The position numbers and the translations under genes were made by a program. A stretch of DNA of 64,000 nucleotides from assembly GCA_040954595.2 (NCBI GenBank), contig CM082585.2, forward strand, positions 11,139,995 through 11,203,994, in the 5' to 3' direction. Shown in pieces: positions 1 through 19,500 of this stretch. The DNA is from Balanoglossus misakiensis (Eukaryota > Animalia > Hemichordata). Each line of letters starts with the position of its first letter. Positions within the stretch are counted from its first letter, which is position 1. The notes below the pieces were generated by a model. The model searched no databases. It worked only from the letters and a program-made list of their open reading frames with translations, and was not told the DNA's origin.

Positions 1-1221
1 TATGCAGATCTATAAGGATGAGAAACTTGTCATTATAAAAGACAAATATCCCAAGGTGAGCAGTGAATTATCTTGGTCAAGTTAATTGTTGACTCTTCAG
101 ATCTATATTAGACTTTCTCACAAGACTTTTCATGTGTTATTCAACTGGTGTGAAATGTTGAATAAATTTAATTTCTATAATTCTTGTATTTCTTTTCTTC
201 CTGTTTCTTTTCAGGCAAAATTCCATTATTTAATTATGCCAAGGGTTAGTATACCCAGTTTAAAGAGTTTGAAGCCCGAACACTTGGATCTGTTGAAACA
301 CATTCACAAGAAGGGAAAAGAGGTTACAGAAAAGTGGGTACAACTTTTTCTTGTTGAAGCAATGTAAATTATTAACACATTTTTTCACATGAGGATCAGA
401 ATGTTAAAATAATTGCATTAAAGAAATCCCTCTTTTCAGGCACAGGTCAACAGGATTAGAGTTTCACCTTGGATATCACTGTGTGCCAAGTATGAGGTAA
501 GCCTACATACTATCAACACTATTCCGTCATATCTGTAATTTTCACACTTCTGAGACAAATGACAGACTTTCCAAGGATTCTGTAATGTTACAGCAGTGAT
601 ATTGATCACAGCAGAAGCACAAAACTACAAAGACCTCATTCAGATTTCTTCTATTTTTAGGGGAAAGCTTAACTTTTGTCTCTTATTTTAACCGTTCAGC
701 CATTTACACATGCATGCTATCAGCCAGGATTTCAACTCGCCATGTTTGAAAACTAAGAAGCATTGGAACTCCTTCACAACTCAGTATTTTGTCAATTCAA
801 AGGGTGAGTACAAGCTAGTGCTAATAACAGAACCAGCAGCTTGCACAGGAAAACTTCATTTTTTACTGTTTTGAGCACCTAAGTAGTATTGTTATTCTTT
901 TTTCTCAGATGTAATTGAACAACTTGAGGCAACAGGGAAAGTCAATCCACCTTCAGCAAGTAAACATGCTGAACTGTTAAAAATGCCCCTCAGGTAATGT
1001 TGACACAATCTATTCTTGATTGGTAGTACGGTAATTTAGATGTTGAGGAAGACTGCAAATACATTCTATTGGCATTACACTATTCTTCTTGTAACATATT
1101 ACACTTGAGGACAATCATGTGTGATTATTTCTTTTTCTTTTTCAGATGTCATGTGTGTCATCAACCCCAGACGAATATGCCTAAACTGAAGCAACATATT
1201 CTTCAGCATATCAAATCATAA
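1..1221 (+). CDS. APTX: Aprataxin, 3' part (HIT domain + C2H2 zinc finger); 5' end outside window
   Basis: Exons ~1-55, 215-333, 440-496, 700-803, 909-993, 1146-1221 splice to ...[25 protein letters not shown]...[34 protein letters not shown]...LKMPLRCHVCHQ...[11 protein letters not shown]. Matches the aprataxin HxHxH motif and zinc finger. Confidence 0.93.
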
Positions 1222-2014
1222 CATATACAGGACACCATTAAGAGACATTGCCAAGTCATTCTGTGCTGAGGATTATAGTTCTGCAAATACAAAGACTTGC
1301 ACTTCAATAAAATTTATGTCAATAATCTTGCAAGATTGTATGTGATTGGTCTGTTTCTTGATTTTTCTTTCATTATACCCGAGAGCTACAGGATTTATTT
1401 TGATATGACATTGTGCCAAGAACTTTGAAAAAAATGTTAAAACAGAGTACCACCATATTAAAGATAAGAGTTTTACACTCTGAAACAAAAGCTTTATGGT
1501 GAGAAAGTAGCCTTATTTTGAAGATGAAAGTTTGATAGAAGATGAAAGTTTGATCAATGTATGTGTCACAAGCGAGTTCTCTATAAAGGGGAATCATTTG
1601 ATTTCTGATTTGGATGGAGGAAGTGGTTTATAGCAGCATTTTTCACGTTGATTTGCCTGTGGATCAGCCATTCGGGCCAGCCCGTCGGCTCATGACCTCT
1701 GTGGCAGGTCACGCTGGTGACCTCTGTCTCAGGTCACTCTGGCGATCACCTGACAAGAGCACGTGACATATCAAAAAACTTTGTTTCACTCAGTACGTGG
1801 TCGCATATGCTGTTTTGTGTTAGGCACACTGCTATAAATTTGGCTTGTGGAAAGTTATATGATTATCCTGTTTGCAAGAACCGTGTAGCAGGCACTACTG
1901 GTAGCACTGAATCCGAAAGTGAAAGGCGAAGACAGATCGCAACGTGGCATCACTGCTGCCACCGGTACCTCACGATCACGGTCACCTTCACAAGGGTCTG
2001 GCGGTCGTGACAAA

Positions 2015-5000
2015 ATGGTTTATTTTGTATCGTCTTTCGTAGTCGTTAGCCTTGCTGTTGTAACATTACCTGGTAAGTATGGAACAGAGACTTTCTCTGG
2101 ATTATTGCGAAGTGCATTAGTTAGCGCACGGTGTACACGAGCTGTTTGGAATCCAGCTGGTGGTACATGTCTTTCAGCTTGGTTCAAGATTGGTCATGAC
2201 TTTTCCATTGTAGGACAATAAACTACAGAAGTATCTATGAACATTTCACTGCATCCATAAAATGATGCAATCATCTCAACTGTACTATGCCCGTACGACA
2301 ATATTCAATTGCTATTGTTTACCGTCGGTAACACTTTACATGTTCAATTGCTAAGCAACGCACAACTGTATATTGTTAGGTTTACATTAATAAACAAAGA
2401 TGGAACTTTTTATTGCGAAACAGAACGTCAGGTGTGCGTACCGTACACCACTTTCACTGCAGGCATATCCAATGGAGAATGTTGTTAAAAAAGATATTAA
2501 TGAAAATGAAACCGAAACTTGTGAATTGGTGAGGTGCCAAACATGTACTTAGACTCTCCTCGCCTTTCAGTCCCAAACAATAGGCTATTTTTATTTCTTG
2601 ACAGTTTCCAGTTACCCAACTCTCAGCCAAAAAGTTGTTAATGAAATTGCAGGCTACAAAGGTAAGCAGTTACTGTTATAAATACTAGACATTTCTGCAT
2701 GAGGAGACCTAAAGTCAAAGTGCCTCAGTTCTGAAATAAACATGTTCCATTATTCATTAAAGTGAGTTGTCTGCTCAAACTTGTCACCTTTTTTCTCTAG
2801 GTGTTGCTGATGACATCATCAAATTGGCAGTGTATGGTGCTGCTCAAAACCAATCCTACAATAGACTTGCCAAATTCACTGACACCATTGGTAACCGTAT
2901 AGCTGGCTCTCAGAACTTTGAAAAGGCTGTGGGTAAGTCAAGTTATGTTGTATTTAAAAAATTATGCGTCATTTCTGACTATGTCAAACTTGGCAAAATA
3001 CCAACACTTACATATCGACTGCTGATACCATACAACCATTGAAATAAAAGACATAAATTTACTCTTCAATTATTTTAATTGTAGACTACATGCTTAAAGA
3101 GTTATCAAATGATGGATTGGACAATGTCCATAGTGAACCAGCAATGGTAAGTTGACAAGATAGCTGTCGTTGCTCTGTTTTTGCCAGAATCTTTACAGCT
3201 TAGTCTTGTAATTGTGTTAAACTGTGACCTGTGAGACATTTTATTACTTGACCGACTACTCCTCCCCTTTGAGTAAACAACTTGTTACTTACACAGTGCA
3301 TGTATGTATTGATTGGCACTTTCTCATTGTTGCTAGGTAACACATTGGGTGAGAGGAAATGAGTCGGCCACCATGTTGGAACCACGAAGGTATGATATTG
3401 CCATGTTAGGATTGGGTGGAAGTATAGCCACCCCTCCTGAAGGTAAGCACATTTAATCTACCCCTCTCCTGTAACAAAAAGAACCAGCCTTGCAAGTGTA
3501 CTTACACAAATGTATTTCTAAGCTGTATGATTTCCAGTTCTTATGCATGGGTGCTGTCACAATAACAGTTTGGTTGTGATTTCTTGCAGGAATCACCGCA
3601 GAGGTTCTTGTTGTCAATTCTTTTGATGAACTTCACAACAGGTCACAAGAGGCATGTAATTATCTTTCAAACATCAGACTACAATCAAGAGTTTTGAAGG
3701 AGAGGCAAAAAGGAAAAATACCCAAAGAAAGCTCTCGCCTTGCTCTATACACAGAATAGTCAGTCATTCATTTCACATGTCAAATGTTTAGTGTCACACC
3801 TTGGTAGTGAAATAAGTGACATGTATTTTTATTTAATCTATCTGCACAGGCCAAAGGTAAAATTGTTGTCTTCAATGAAGACTATGAGAGCTATGGTGTC
3901 TCAGTGGCTTACAGAGATTATGGCGCCAAGGAGGCTGCCCTTGTTGGTGGAGTGGCTTCCCTGATAAGATCCATTGCACCATTTTCAATACACAGTCCTC
4001 ATACAGGTTGGCAGGTACGTGAGAATGGAAACAATGTATGGAGAGATCTGTGAGGTGGTAGTGGTTACTGTGTGTGTCAACATCAGGTTTTGCCACAGGA
4101 ATTCTCCCATCCCTCTTTCATTTTTCTGTCTTTATATCTGACTGCTTGATTGCCCCACATTTGTCTGCCTTTGGCCCTATAGTCTGTTCAGTGCAGGTCT
4201 ATTGTTGCTGCCACAGACAGATCCTAATTAGCATTTATTTCTGTCAACAGGACTATGATCCCAAAGTCAAGCCAGTTCCCACTGCTTGCATCACAATTGA
4301 AGATGCCCAGATGATGGCAAGGATGGCTGCAAGAGGCAAGTGAGGCTAAAAACAATCTCTTTTGACAACACTAGGTGTTTTTGACCCTGGCTTGTGGGGG
4401 AACACATATTATTTCCCACATTCCTGGACATGATCAATATTACTAGTAACACAAAAAATATGTCTTTTCTACAGGAACAAAAATTGTCATCAATCTGAAA
4501 ATGGAAGCCAAGACTTTACCTCCTGTGCAGTCAAGAAACACTGTGGCAGAAATCATTGGCAGCAAATATCCTGAACAGGTATATGCATGTACTGATACGT
4601 TTGTTAAATTGTTGCGACCCAAGATTTTGACTATTCGTCATTACCCCAGTCTCTTGACATTATTCTATTGACTTCACTCTCAGAGTTCAATTTATTCATT
4701 CCTTGTTTCGTGTTATCTAGGTTGTATTGGTCAGCGGTCACTTGGACAGCTGGGATGTTGGCCAGGGTGCAATGGATGATGGTGGTGGTGCTTTCATTTC
4801 GTGGCAGGTAATTTGAACAGATTGATTAATATTAAATTTTGGTACTCCTAGAAGAGGCTTTGATCATGATCTTCTTTTGTCACAAAAATCAGTGTCAAGA
4901 AATGTAACAATTAACTTAATCAGTGCTCTCCATTTTGTTTTCTGCTGCATACAGGCCCTGTCACTGGTCAGGCAACTTGGCCTGAGACCTAAGAGAACTC

Positions 5001-5957
5001 TTAGAATGGTTTTATGGACTGCAGAGGAAGAAGGTGGTCTTGGAGGAGATGCTTATTTTGAAGCGCACAAAGTGAGTGATGCTGATAATGATGTTTTCCA
5101 TCAAGACTTTGATTGTTGATCCACAAAGTCTGAAACCATGACTAGCTGTGTTCATTGAATTTTTGTTTTGTCATGTGACTCCATTTCAATTTTTTGAGTC
5201 ATATTTTAAATTGCTTACACAGGCCAACATGAATAATTTCAGTATTGTAATGGAAGCAGATACAGGAACATTCACCCCTCTGGGAATGCATTTTACAGGT
5301 AGGCATAGTTATCACATCACACACTTTTCATCCATTCTTTTCAAGTATAGTTGATCAAATGCCTGTATAAAATCCACTGAAACTATTTTTTTAAAATGAT
5401 AACCAAATGCCCTCATTTTTCATGGCAACAGGTTCAGACGCAGCCCATGCGATCATGGAGGGAATCATGAAACTACTTGCACCAATCAATGCAACACAGT
5501 TGAGTAACAACGCAGAAGGTACAGACATAACTCTCTGGCTTCGAGCTGGTGTTCCAGGTGGTTCTCTCATTGATGACATGGGAACGTATTTCTGGTACCA
5601 CCATTCGGATGGTGAGTATTTCCTTTTGCACAGGATATGTTATAGTTTAATATATCAGTTATTAACCAGTGTTTGTTTTGACAAAAAGACCTCTTCTTTA
5701 CGTCACACAAGATTAATGTCCTCTCACAAATATTGGATGTGAGGCCTGACATGAAAACGAAGCTGTGGACTAGAATGGGATTGCTTTTATAATTTTTCTA
5801 TGGAGATTAATTTATGCCAGTGTTGTTGTTTGTTTGTTTGTTTTTGACAGGTGACACCATGACAGTGCAGAATCCGCACATGATGGATTTATGTGCAGCA
5901 ACATGGACAGTTGTGGCATACGTCTTGGCTGATATGGACGAGATGCTGCCGAGATAA
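2015..5957 (+). CDS. CPQ: Carboxypeptidase Q / plasma glutamate carboxypeptidase (M28 peptidase), multi-exon
   Basis: Signal peptide [16 protein letters not shown]; motifs [61 protein letters not shown]; ends EMLPR* (TAA 5955-5957). Confidence 0.93.
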
Positions 5958-6865
5958 CATCATATTCCACTAATGGATATGTGCATCTCACCTAGATGAT
6001 TGAGACATCTCACGAGACTTAGTTATTTGCTGTAGCAACAGGTTGCTTGCTAAGTAATGCAAATCAAGCTTTGAACGAAACTAGGATAGCTGCAGGGTTT
6101 ATCACCAATTGAAATATTGTAAAAATATTTTGTCATGTGTGAATTTGCCTCTTTAACAATAAACTATGTATATTTGTGCTCTCAAAGAAATGTTGTACAT
6201 TTTAAATTTAAAAATTGACAGCACAAAAAAGAGAACAAAAACCTAACACCATGATTTATATCATGAAAGATTAAAATACGCACATTGTGGCTGAAGGATT
6301 TCCAGGTATATTTGTTTTGATAATTTAAAAGGCAAACTAATGTAAAACATTAGACCAGCTATGACCTTTTCATTAGTATTTTGTTTATTTTTATTAAAAT
6401 AACCAAGAAAATGTTTTTCTTGTCTTTCAAAGTCTGTAAACTGAACTGTCAGCTTGATTTCTCTCCAAATAAAAAAAAACAGCATTTTTCCTGGAGTGTC
6501 AGTGTTTTGTATGTCTTTCTTAAGAAGTTTCTCAGAAACTTGCGAGAAGCGTATAAGAACCGTATAAGTTTCCAGAATGAAGGGAAAACAAATCATCCTG
6601 TACTACTAGTAAATATACTTATAAAAACTCATGAGATCTTATAACAGGAAACCGTATGGGTAGGTCTTGTTCTGGGCTATTAAATGTCGCCGCCATCGGC
6701 GGGTATGACAACTGTTTTTGGGCAACGTTTTCATTTACGACTTGCCATAAAACGGTACGTCACGCGCAGACTCTGTTCGGTCGCCGGTAAGAGTTTACGA
6801 AACGTGCGACGGGAAGAAGATCACGACGTGCCCGGAGACGATCGCTGGATAGTGTAACTCTCAAA

Positions 6866-12112
<5,247 letters not shown>

Positions 12113-12825
12113 TGTAGTGCACAAATTTAGAATTGTAGAATTTTTTTAAAGAAAGAAATCAAAGATGAATTTTAAAGGTGTTGCTGCAAGGGAGTTGTAT
12201 ATAGATGTACATTTCACTTTCAACACCAAAATCAAGTTTAAAATGGGATTTGAGTTGTTTTTGTTGAGGAAACTGATGTGATTTCTTTTATGTCAAACCA
12301 CACAGTGGTCGAGGTTACATTGTCTCTGGTCTTCTACCCTGATTTAAAAAGTGAAGTTGGTAAATTAGGCGAATATTTAATAAAATATCACAAGCCATCT
12401 CAGTGAATTATCTTATATTTATTGGACACTCTAATGTTTTTAGTTTATTAAATCAGTGTGTGTCTCCTAAATCTTGTGCGTGTGTCTATTTTTGGACGTG
12501 AAGTTGCTGTTTCTTGTGTGAATTTTTCAGAGGTCGCAGCTTCAATGTCACAGGTCGTGACTAGTTTTCATTATGAAAATGTAATTGTGCCAAGGTGAAC
12601 ATCCACCCACCCTAACCACGACATCCAAAATCTCTCATGAGATTGGCCACTGCATCGTTATGTTTATGTCAATCATAATAATTGCCGTATGAATTTTCAT
12701 ATATCTGGTGGGCGTGAAGGGATGGCCACGAATGACACGGTATGTAACGGGAATCGAGTCAAACTCGCAACAGTACCCACAGATTGGTAGCATCAAAATT
12801 TCACTGGGAGACCAGCAGTTACAAT

Positions 12826-14076
12826 ATGGTAAAAGGAGACCTCAAGTTTGCCTTCATCATGGTGATGTCGCTTAGTTTGTTTCTCTGTTGGTCATCTACG
12901 ATAAGTTTCAATCATCTGGGAGACTTATTTCGATTCCAAAAGTGGAAATTACACGCAGGACAGACTTATAACAGTGGTAGTGACCCTAAGGACGTTGTTG
13001 GTGACGTCATTATCAAGGAGGAACACGATTGGCCCGTTGGAGCTGAGGGGAGACAAGGAAACAGGCGTCCCAAGACAGAAGAAATGCATCTGACAGTTGC
13101 GGATGAGTCTACTACTGAAACTCATCAAAATACAACAAAAGATAAATACCTTGAACAAGCACTGATCGGTACTGTCCAGCCGAATGTCCACATAAAAACT
13201 CATCAACCAGGTGGCTCAACATCATCGGTTGCCATTGGTAACTCGACCGTATCCACCGACTCGCGACGTCCAGAGTCCGACTTGAGATCAACGGCTGCAA
13301 AAATAAAAGCGCGAAAAGGTTTCGTCATAATTCATCTCCTAAATCTTGGCTACGTCAACATGACAAAAAGTTGGATTTGTAACGTGGAGTGTATGGACCT
13401 GTTACCGTTAACACTATTCATCACCAGTGATGTCGAGTCTTACTGGGCCTTGAAAAAATGGAAACCAGATTTAAATGTCGTTTTGCAGAAGTTTGGGGTT
13501 TCAAGGCGCATGTCCAGTAAAAAAGATGTTGCGTACCACGAATATATGTGCTATCGAACTAGAATATTAGATCTGATTCTACGGGACAATGTTTCAATAT
13601 TCTTGGTTGAGGCAGACTCGGTTTGGTTGAAGAATCCAATGGATGTAATCACGCGGTTCTCCAACTCCGATATCCTCTGCACCGCAAACAAACCCGGAAC
13701 CAAGCAGGCGATGGCCGGTTTCGTCTTCCTCAACGCAACAGAGGCGACGCAGCAGATGTGGACAAAATTAAGAGATACCCTGGAATCTAACATGGCGGCC
13801 ATTCACAAAGGCACAGGCCATGCTATATCTGACATGGGCGTCTTTAACCGTCTGATTAACAGCGAAAAACTCAACATACAGTGGCTTCCAGAAGATCAGT
13901 TTCTCGGCGGTCGTTGGTACAAAGATCAAGGGCAGCGTAACACCACCAAAACTCCAATTGTTATACAAAATAATTTTATTGTAGGCAACGAAAATAAGGA
14001 AAACCGAGCAAAAAGTTTTGGACACTGGTTTCTCTCCGATACTGCCGATGAATGCATTGGAAACCCATGTGGTTAA
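12826..14076 (+). CDS. Intronless type II membrane nucleotide-diphospho-sugar transferase (GT77-like fold)
   Basis: Single ORF with N-terminal TM helix (FAFIMVMSLSLFLCW), low-complexity stem and catalytic region with NLGYVNMTKSWICN, LVEADSVWLKNP (DxD-like), QNNFIVGNENK. Confidence 0.8.
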   Translation: MVKGDLKFAFIMVMSLSLFLCWSSTISFNHLGDLFRFQKWKLHAGQTYNSGSDPKDVVGDVIIKEEHDWPVGAEGRQGNRRPKTEEMHLTVADESTTETHQNTTKDKYLEQALIGTVQPNVHIKTHQPGGSTSSVAIGNSTVSTDSRRPESDLRSTAAKIKARKGFVIIHLLNLGYVNMTKSWICNVECMDLLPLTLFITSDVESYWALKKWKPDLNVVLQKFGVSRRMSSKKDVAYHEYMCYRTRILDLILRDNVSIFLVEADSVWLKNPMDVITRFSNSDILCTANKPGTKQAMAGFVFLNATEATQQMWTKLRDTLESNMAAIHKGTGHAISDMGVFNRLINSEKLNIQWLPEDQFLGGRWYKDQGQRNTTKTPIVIQNNFIVGNENKENRAKSFGHWFLSDTADECIGNPCG

Positions 14077-14649
14077 AACGTCGCTCGTCTGTAGACTCTC
14101 TAAAGGGACAAAGTCGTTATTAACTTTAAACATTATTTTTGATACTTTAGTTTCATTTGATGGGCTACTGAAGTTGTTCTACTCACTGGAACCTAACCCA
14201 CAACTCAGTCCAATGCGTTTAGGAAAAATCTCGGATCGTCGCATCATTTAAATCACCACAATGTGATTCCGACGGAAGTTCACTAACATGATCTCCTGCG
14301 ATTTTTTTTTTCATTGATTGATTCTTTGCCGCAATATCTAACTGAACTGTACCACTTAGAAAAAAAGTATCCCAGAAAACATCCACTCGCTTTCCATATT
14401 CACCAAAAACAAATCTCCCGACCACATCTGCTCGGCGCTTTGTGTGGGACCGAAAGCGATCAGTGACACGACCGGTGTTGTTTGATCTTGTCTTGTAGAA
14501 TGACAGCTGTTGACGGCTTACTGAGTAGATATTGCCGATTTCGGTTGTCATGGTAAAATAAGATGAACAATTATCCTTTATTAATTTCCCTGACGGTCTT
14601 GTCCTCGGCAACAGGACCATGTGTTCCTGTGGTTGTCAACCCATTGATA

Positions 14650-15013
14650 GGGCGTTTCTGGGACCGCTTTATTCTTGACCCTTTTTTCGATGTTTTTTTC
14701 TTCTCGATAACTGATACCAAATGCTATTTATGTTAACTCCAATATATAAGTTAATAGGCAACTATATCGAAAATGAACGTTCTATTTACTTTTGCAGAAA
14801 TCGGTCATTTGCATCATGGAGTGACCGTGGTTTGATTTACACTGAAACAAACACATTGTGCGGGCGTTTCTGGGACCACTTTATTGTTGACCCTTTTTTC
14901 GATGTTTTTTTTTTCGATAAAATTTACCAAAAGCTATGTATGTTATCTCCAATATATAAGGTGTTAGGCAACTATATCGAAAATGGACGTTCTATTATAC
15001 TTGTGCAGAAATC
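14650..15013. repeat. Diverged direct duplication, ~150 bp unit at ~212 bp spacing
   Basis: gggcgtttctgggacc.ctttatt.ttgacccttttttcgatgtttttt...tccaatatataag...taggcaactatatcgaaaatg.acgttctatt occurs at 14650 and again at 14862. Confidence 0.8.
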
Positions 15014-16504
15014 GTTGCTTTTTGAGCTGCACAGTGATGGCCGTCGAACAGAAAGGAAGCCCTACAAATGCGCTGTCTTCGATCACTCACTCAACGACAT
15101 GGGTCACTTTCCAGTACGTGTTCCTGGGTCGCGTTCTGATCGACAAGGTCAGGGTTAGAATAAGAGTCACAAATCGACGTGTTGGTGGAGGGACTGTATC
15201 TTAAACGACATTTCTACAACAACAATAACAGCAATTATGATGCATTCAGGGGAAAATGACATCACCGCATATGCTAATCTGATGCAAATGACTTTGACGT
15301 CTCTTCCTAACTTCGGATATGTTTCCGATCGGGGGAGTTAATTGGATTAACCGAATAAACATCCAATAAACATTTCAGCAAACCATAATGAGCATCATAA
15401 CAATAGGGGCCCGAGAGTTTCCCGACCGTCATTCTTGAGAGACTGTGATTTTGTTGAATAGCTTATGTTCCGCTCATTGCGAGATCTCGCGAAACATGGC
15501 TAATTACCAAAGCAGTGGGTTACGAGACAATTTTAACCAAATTTGTAACCCATATAAACTATATCTCGCCGAGTCTTTTGGAGTGTGGGCTTACCTTCAG
15601 CTTGATTTCCAGAGAAAGTATTTCTCTCGTCCATCCGTGGTGGCGCTGAAACGAGTCACTTTGGCAGCTCTGGTAACGTTCAATCGTTTCATGACCAACG
15701 TGGCAAAGGAAACGAAGCCCATTCGGTGGTTTGATGCGTTTGAAGTCTTCCTTGGGATAAGAAATAACCCGAGTGTCAACGTCAATCAAGTCAATGAGAG
15801 TTTTGGTCGTATTTAACCACATAAATCGAGCCCAAGACGATGTTCATGCTTCATGCATGTCCTCCGAAACAAATAAAACGAGGCGCGCATGTCCTGACGG
15901 AGACCTGCCAACACCTGTTCACTTTCTTTCAACCAATCAGAAATACCTTTTAAAGTTAAAATTAGCATGGCGACGAGTCACCCCTAATTATAATCTTACA
16001 CTTATAACATCTGTCAAGTTTGGGCCAGTTATATGCAAATTAAATGACACAGGAAAAATTATGTATGGAGAGTTTTAATGACACTTCGGCATAAGAATTA
16101 TTGAAATATTTTTATACAACAGCATATTTGAAGTTCATTGCCTTAGCAGTCATGAAATAGACTCAATGGAATGTATAACTTGCAATATATCAGTCCTGCT
16201 GTCTCCATAAAGTTGATACAAAATCTCAAAGATTGCATTTTACTATATAAATCTACGCAAAACCTCCAATTGAACTGCCAAACTGCATACATATAAGATA
16301 GTTATGAAAAATGCCAAATGAAGAACTTTGTAGGACCAAAGTCAGATAGAAGTGTTTCCCCATTTTGGCCAGTGACAATACAAATGTGCAAATACAGAAC
16401 ACATTTCCGCTTCTACTATATGTACAAGATATCAACGTTTGAACTTAGCCATTGCTAAGGTGTATGATAGACGCAAAATGCAGCTTGCTAATGTTCAGTT
16501 GCAT

Positions 16505-19500
16505 TCACATAAAAGCACTGCTGCCATGCTCAAATTTGCTGCCAAGACCAGCAGCTTTCTTCATCATTCGTTTCTTCATTGCATCATCAAATTGATTGAC
16601 TTGCAGGTCCACTTCTCGATCAAATGGTCGCCGCTCATTGGGTTTGTGTCCTTCTTCCTTCTATGGTGAAGAAAATGAGACAGAAACAATATACATTTCC
16701 CTTTTGCAATGCCACATATGCATGCAGTATGGTACGAGAAAACTCCACTGTAATATTTGAGCCCAGAAGGGAAATTATAAGAATTTGTCTTTGAATACCA
16801 ACGTTTACTGAGCATTTAAGCATGTTTTGAAGGTGATTTAAGTTGTTCTGCAGATCACTTACAAGTTTTCTTTTCCTTGCTTTTGTGTGTATATCGACCA
16901 ATGTCTCTGATCGTTTGTCTTGATTGTGTTTCGCAATCTGTTCAGCAATCTGTCTGTCTCTCTCCGACATAATTTTCTCTTCTGATTCTTTCTTCACTTT
17001 ATCCGGATGGCTCTTTTCCCGCCGTTCCTGGAAAAGTAAAATACAGAACGATGGCAACTGTATGATTTCAACTGGGAGTGTGTCAAAATCTGCGCCTGAA
17101 GAACCATACTGAGCCAAATTCACATACCATTGCCTTTCTTGCCTTATCTGCTGGAGTGTCTGTCCAGCCAGATCGATCTTCCATGTCTGGAGCTGCTTTC
17201 TTTCTGAACGTTCTTGTCCCGAGCCCAAATGCCTTGGAATATTCCGGTAGTTCTGTCATCCAGGATTCTCTTTGTGGAACTTTGGATTCATCCTGAAAAA
17301 TGGAGATGAGGATGGAAGAAAAGGAAGACAATTATCAGTGTTGCTTTTGGTATCATGGATCCGGGTAACAAAGGGTTCAGATCTTGCTTTTGATTTTAGT
17401 CATGTCAAGTGGGAGTTGACCTACTAAGCAGGATTGTTAAAATAAAGAGCACAGGATCTTACTTTTCCAGTAAGTCTATTTTTCATGGCTTGCGCACGTT
17501 CTTCAATATCCCTAGCAACAGAGGATTCTGGTGCTGCTCCTGTTGACGGCATTGGGCCAATCACATCCTCTTCTTCCTCCTCATCACTTTCTGGGCTGCC
17601 ATGGTACCCACCACCCCAATCATCATCATGTTCTGTCTTCTGCCTATATCCCGGTGGCAGTGCGGGACCCCATGATGGAGCTGATTTCGTCTTGTGGTCG
17701 TCATCTCCACCTTCCTTTTTGTATCCAGGTGGCAATGCAGGTCCAAACAAATGTTGGGAAGCCACTCCCGTACTTTTGTCTTCTTCATCTTCATCATAGT
17801 CTTTCTTTTTATATCCTGGGGGAAGGGCGGGTCCAAAGCGATTCTGGGAAACTGTGGATTCAATTGTTACCCCTCGATCATTCTCATCTTTCTTATAACC
17901 TGGCGGTAGTGCAGGGGCATAATTATTTCCTGAAAGTCTCGATGCAGCTGTGACATCACTGTCCTCCTCCCCCTCCCCCTTCTTTTTATACCCTGGTGGC
18001 AAAGCTGGTCCATATGCACTGGGTGACACAACGGCAGTTCTTATGTTGTCTGGATCACGACCGCTTCCAGATGACTGACCAAGGTGAGGTGGAAGAGATG
18101 GGCCGGCCACAGCTGAACCTGCGAGAATGATACAACACATTCATTATAGAATGATAATGTTGTTATGACAAACAGAAGACAGAAATTAGAAAACACAACT
18201 ATTTGAGATTGGCGTTGGTTTGATGATAAAAAAATCTAATTAATGTACAACTTGCCCTTCTTAAATTTAGCATCTGTCCTCTCTTTCTGAGTGGCGTCCA
18301 TGACTGACATTGCTAACTTTTTCCTCCTTTCAAAATCTTTCCTTGGAATGGTGTTTACAATGAATATGTTCTTTCCGTTCAGATTTTCTCCTGCATTAAT
18401 GAGACTGCTGTACTTGCTGGGTTTGTTACGAAGACAGACTTTGATATCACCAGGTTTGTTCCTTTCATTGCAATTGGTTCTGTAGGCATTGACTATTTCC
18501 TCAGGAGGCAAGTCAAAATCAGCCAAGACATTTTGTGCGATGGCAGTAACATCTTCATCTTGATTTTCCTCAACACCGACTATCCTGATGTCAAAACACT
18601 TTGAGTGTCTGTCTCCTTGGAATACGTCTTTCTTTCCATCATTTGATTTCTGCTTATCTACCATGTCAAACTTATTTTTCAAGTCAAGAAACTGCTTTCT
18701 CAAGTTGGCTGTTTCTGTTTTCATTCGAGCAATTTCTTCCACTGCATGATTCATTGCCTTTTCGATTTCTTTTTGAGCTGACAAAATATGGTCAAGTCTG
18801 TTTAAAGCCTGAATTTGGATGTTTTTGTTTTCATTCACGTCAGCTTGAATTTTAGTGATTGCTGCACATACGAACTTGCGGAATTCTGAACTGTTTTCAA
18901 GAATATGCTTGTTAATTGTGAAGTTGTTGCTTCCATGACCTGTCGTGAGTCTTGCTGTACCAGATGTGGGTGTCTCCCTTGTTACATCAGGTTTGCTCAA
19001 ATTTTCCATTTTTTGGCTGTTAAACTGCATGGTTTGAAGTCCACCTTCCCTTGTGGTCAATCTTAGTGGTTTTGGTGATGGAGACTCCTGATTTTTAGGT
19101 GGGAAACCACATGCAGAGACTTTGTTGAAAATTGAGGCACCTCTCAAAAACACATCCTCACCATCACGGAAGCACCCATCAAGCTGTGAATGTGTTGTTG
19201 AATAATGTCATTTGACCTCAACAAAGAAATAATGTCATTTAATCTAAACACAATCGGCAATAATATTACATGTCATTCACTCCAGATCAGAATTATCCAC
19301 GCCAAAGTGGCACACATGGCCATATCACGCGGCGCTTGTACTGTATGTGGCCGTGTAATGTGTAGGGCTGGGGCTGGACTTCGTCACGGACACTAAAGAC
19401 TGCGACAAAACAAAGAAAAGGTTGGGTCAAATCGTCTAATAACATACCTGAAGGTAAACTTGGTCCACAGGTATCATCTCTTTCTTCGCACGCGTCATCT

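Noticed and set aside
14219-16078. Several 90-145 aa ORFs
   Set aside because: No recognisable motifs; they overlap a local duplication and repeat-like DNA.
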